A DNA stretch of 64,000 nucleotides from Octopus sinensis (Eukaryota). Below are positions 62,105 through 64,000 of the stretch, one piece after another. Position 1 is the stretch's first letter; every line of letters starts with the position of its first letter. The DNA is taken from assembly GCF_006345805.1 (NCBI RefSeq), contig NC_043000.1:82026001-82090000 (forward strand), read 5' to 3'. Under the pieces are notes generated by a model that did no database searches, was not told the DNA's origin, and saw only the letters and a list, made by a program, of their open reading frames with translations. The position numbers were made by a program, and so were the translations under genes.

Positions 62105-64000
62105 ATGATGCTAAAAGATGTGCAAGGACATATCTTGGCGCGGAGTACCAAATAGAAAAGAAAGGGTTCAAAACTGTCATCGAAACCATAAAACAACGTG
62201 TGCGGGCAAAAACATTAAATGTGCAACGCTACACTAATCGCATATCTCAGATCCAGCAAAACCGGTTATTCTCAAATAACCAGAGGCAGTTTTTTAAGGG
62301 ATTAGGAGGAAATACAGAAGATAATACACCTCCTGAAGCAGAAGAAACCCACCAATTTTGGAATAACATCTGGAGGAAGAAGTTTCGCACAACCACAGTG
62401 CTGAGTGGATTCATTCCGTGAGATCCGAACTCCATCACTCAAAGGCTCCACGACAGGACCATGTGCGCATAACAACGGAAGATGTAATTGCACAGATATC
62501 AAACCTGCCGAACTGGAAAGCAGCAGGACCAGACGAAATTCAAGGCTACTGGCTCAATACACAAGGGAATTGTGTTGCAATTAGACAATTGCTTACAGAG
62601 AGGTGCAGTTCTGGAGTAGATGAGAGAGGGAAGAACAACTAATGAAAGATCGATCAAAGAGTAATGAGATTGGCAACTACTGCCCCTTTGCTTGCCTTAA
62701 CCTTTTATGGAAACTATTAACTATTCGCAGGGAAACTATATATGTTCTTTGCGGAAAACAATCTACTGCCAGTTGAACAAAAGGGATACCGAAAAGGATC
62801 CAAGGGCACCAAGGACCGCTTTGTGATAGACAAGGTTGTAATGAAGAACTGTAAACGGCACCAAAAAAACTTATGCATGGCCTGGATAGACTTCAAAAAG
62901 GCTTACGACATGTTGCCGCATTCGCGGATTTTGGAAACACTCGACATATGTGGAATAGCTGAGAACGTGTGTGCACTGATTAAGAAAAGCATGCCTAGTT
63001 GGGAAACACGTCTTTGCTGTAACAACCAGCACTTAGCTGAGGTAACAATCAAAAGAGTTATCTTTCAAGGAGACTATAGTTCACCTCTGATATTTGTTAT
63101 AGCCGTAACCCCATTTTCTGAAGTCCTATGCAAAATCAACGTGCACTATGAGCTGAGAAAGAATGGACCTCATCTCAACCACCTTCTCTTCATGGAAGAT
63201 TTAAAACTGTTTGCAAAAACAAAGCCGGAAATGGAGAGGCTGGCTAAGACTGCAAATGTGCAGCAAAGATATAGGGATGGAATTCAGTATCTCGAAGTGT
63301 GCGGTGCTTACTTTGAAGCTGGGGAAAAGAGTATATTGTAGGAGTGTAGAATTACCAAACGGAGAGAGAATGGAAGACCAGGATGATGATGGTCTTCCTT
63401 GGGATCATGGAGCTGGACAATATCTTGCACAGAGAAAAGAAAGACAAGGTCATCACTGCATATTTCAAGTGCCTCAAACTTCTCTTGAAATCAAACCTCA
63501 ACTCAAGGAACCGTGTGACTGCCATCAACATATGGGCTGTTGCTGTAGTCCGCTATAGTGCACCCATCCAGAAATGGACACAAGCAGAGGTTGACCAACT
63601 CGATCGTACTACCCGAAAGACAATGACAATGTATGGTGTCCTCCATCCTAAGGCAAATGTACACAGGCTTACATGAAGAGAGGTAAGGGTAGATGTGGGA
63701 TGATTAGCATACATGAATGCATCAACAGTGAAAGAGAAAACATGGCAGAATATTTGGTAAACAGCAAAGAAAACCTGCTACAGTATGCCGCTAGTGCAGA
63801 AGGAGTTAGCAAAAACGGATTGAGAGAGCTCATGAATTCTGATCACGAACAGCCAACGAGAGAGAAGAGACTCTACTCCGTATGGTCAGTTCCATTGAGA
63901 AACCAACAAATTAAAAGACCAGGAAGCATCATGAAGGTGTCTCAACAAGGGTGACCTAAAAAAGAATACTGAAAGCCTAATCATCGCTACACAGGACCAG
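62105..64000 (+). mobile_element. R4/Dong-type non-LTR element (RT domain), 5'-truncated at (AAT)n, running off the window end
   Basis: KQRVRAKTLNVQRYTNR..NRLFSNNQRQFFKGL; LPNWKAAGPDEIQGYWL; EQKGYRKGSKGTKDRFVID; AWIDFKKAYDMLPH; IFQGDYSSPLIFVI; NHLLFMEDLKLFAK; DIGMEFSISKCA; HPKANVHRL; several frameshifts. Confidence 0.93.

Overview
AT-rich, microsatellite-saturated animal genomic DNA with no recognisable host protein-coding exon, rRNA, true tRNA gene or CRISPR array. It reads as intergenic or deep-intronic sequence, and the repeat complement matches my recollection of Octopus repeats (taxon not verified). Almost all ORFs in the supplied track are translations of simple repeats. Identifiable content is a layered transposon landscape: three R4/Dong-type non-LTR elements (RT plus restriction-like endonuclease) in (AAT)n/(CAA)n tracts, two RTE-type LINE 3' fragments, two decayed Penelope-like elements (PLEs, GIY-YIG), an L1/Tx1-type ORF1-only element, a Ty3/Gypsy gag-protease remnant, mariner, piggyBac, hAT-Charlie and Helitron remnants, several MITEs, and more than 20 copies of 3-4 tRNA-derived SINE families. 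The most interesting signal, found by eye and not folded computationally, is a set of about ten type I hammerhead-ribozyme-like motifs from several sequence families. Most have the short, near-palindromic stem III typical of PLE/retrozyme hammerheads. One lies in a 485-nt partial tandem repeat that also carries a GT-AG intron-like segment. One is a ~270-nt stand-alone insert inside an RTE LINE. Three share an unusual N·A opposition at the base of stem II. Other leads are a ~550-bp non-coding (AAT)n-embedded element, a possible HAL1-like ORF1-only retroposon nested in a SINE, and several long hairpins. A 100-N assembly gap lies at 50972-51071. Coordinates of decayed elements are approximate (tens of bp).
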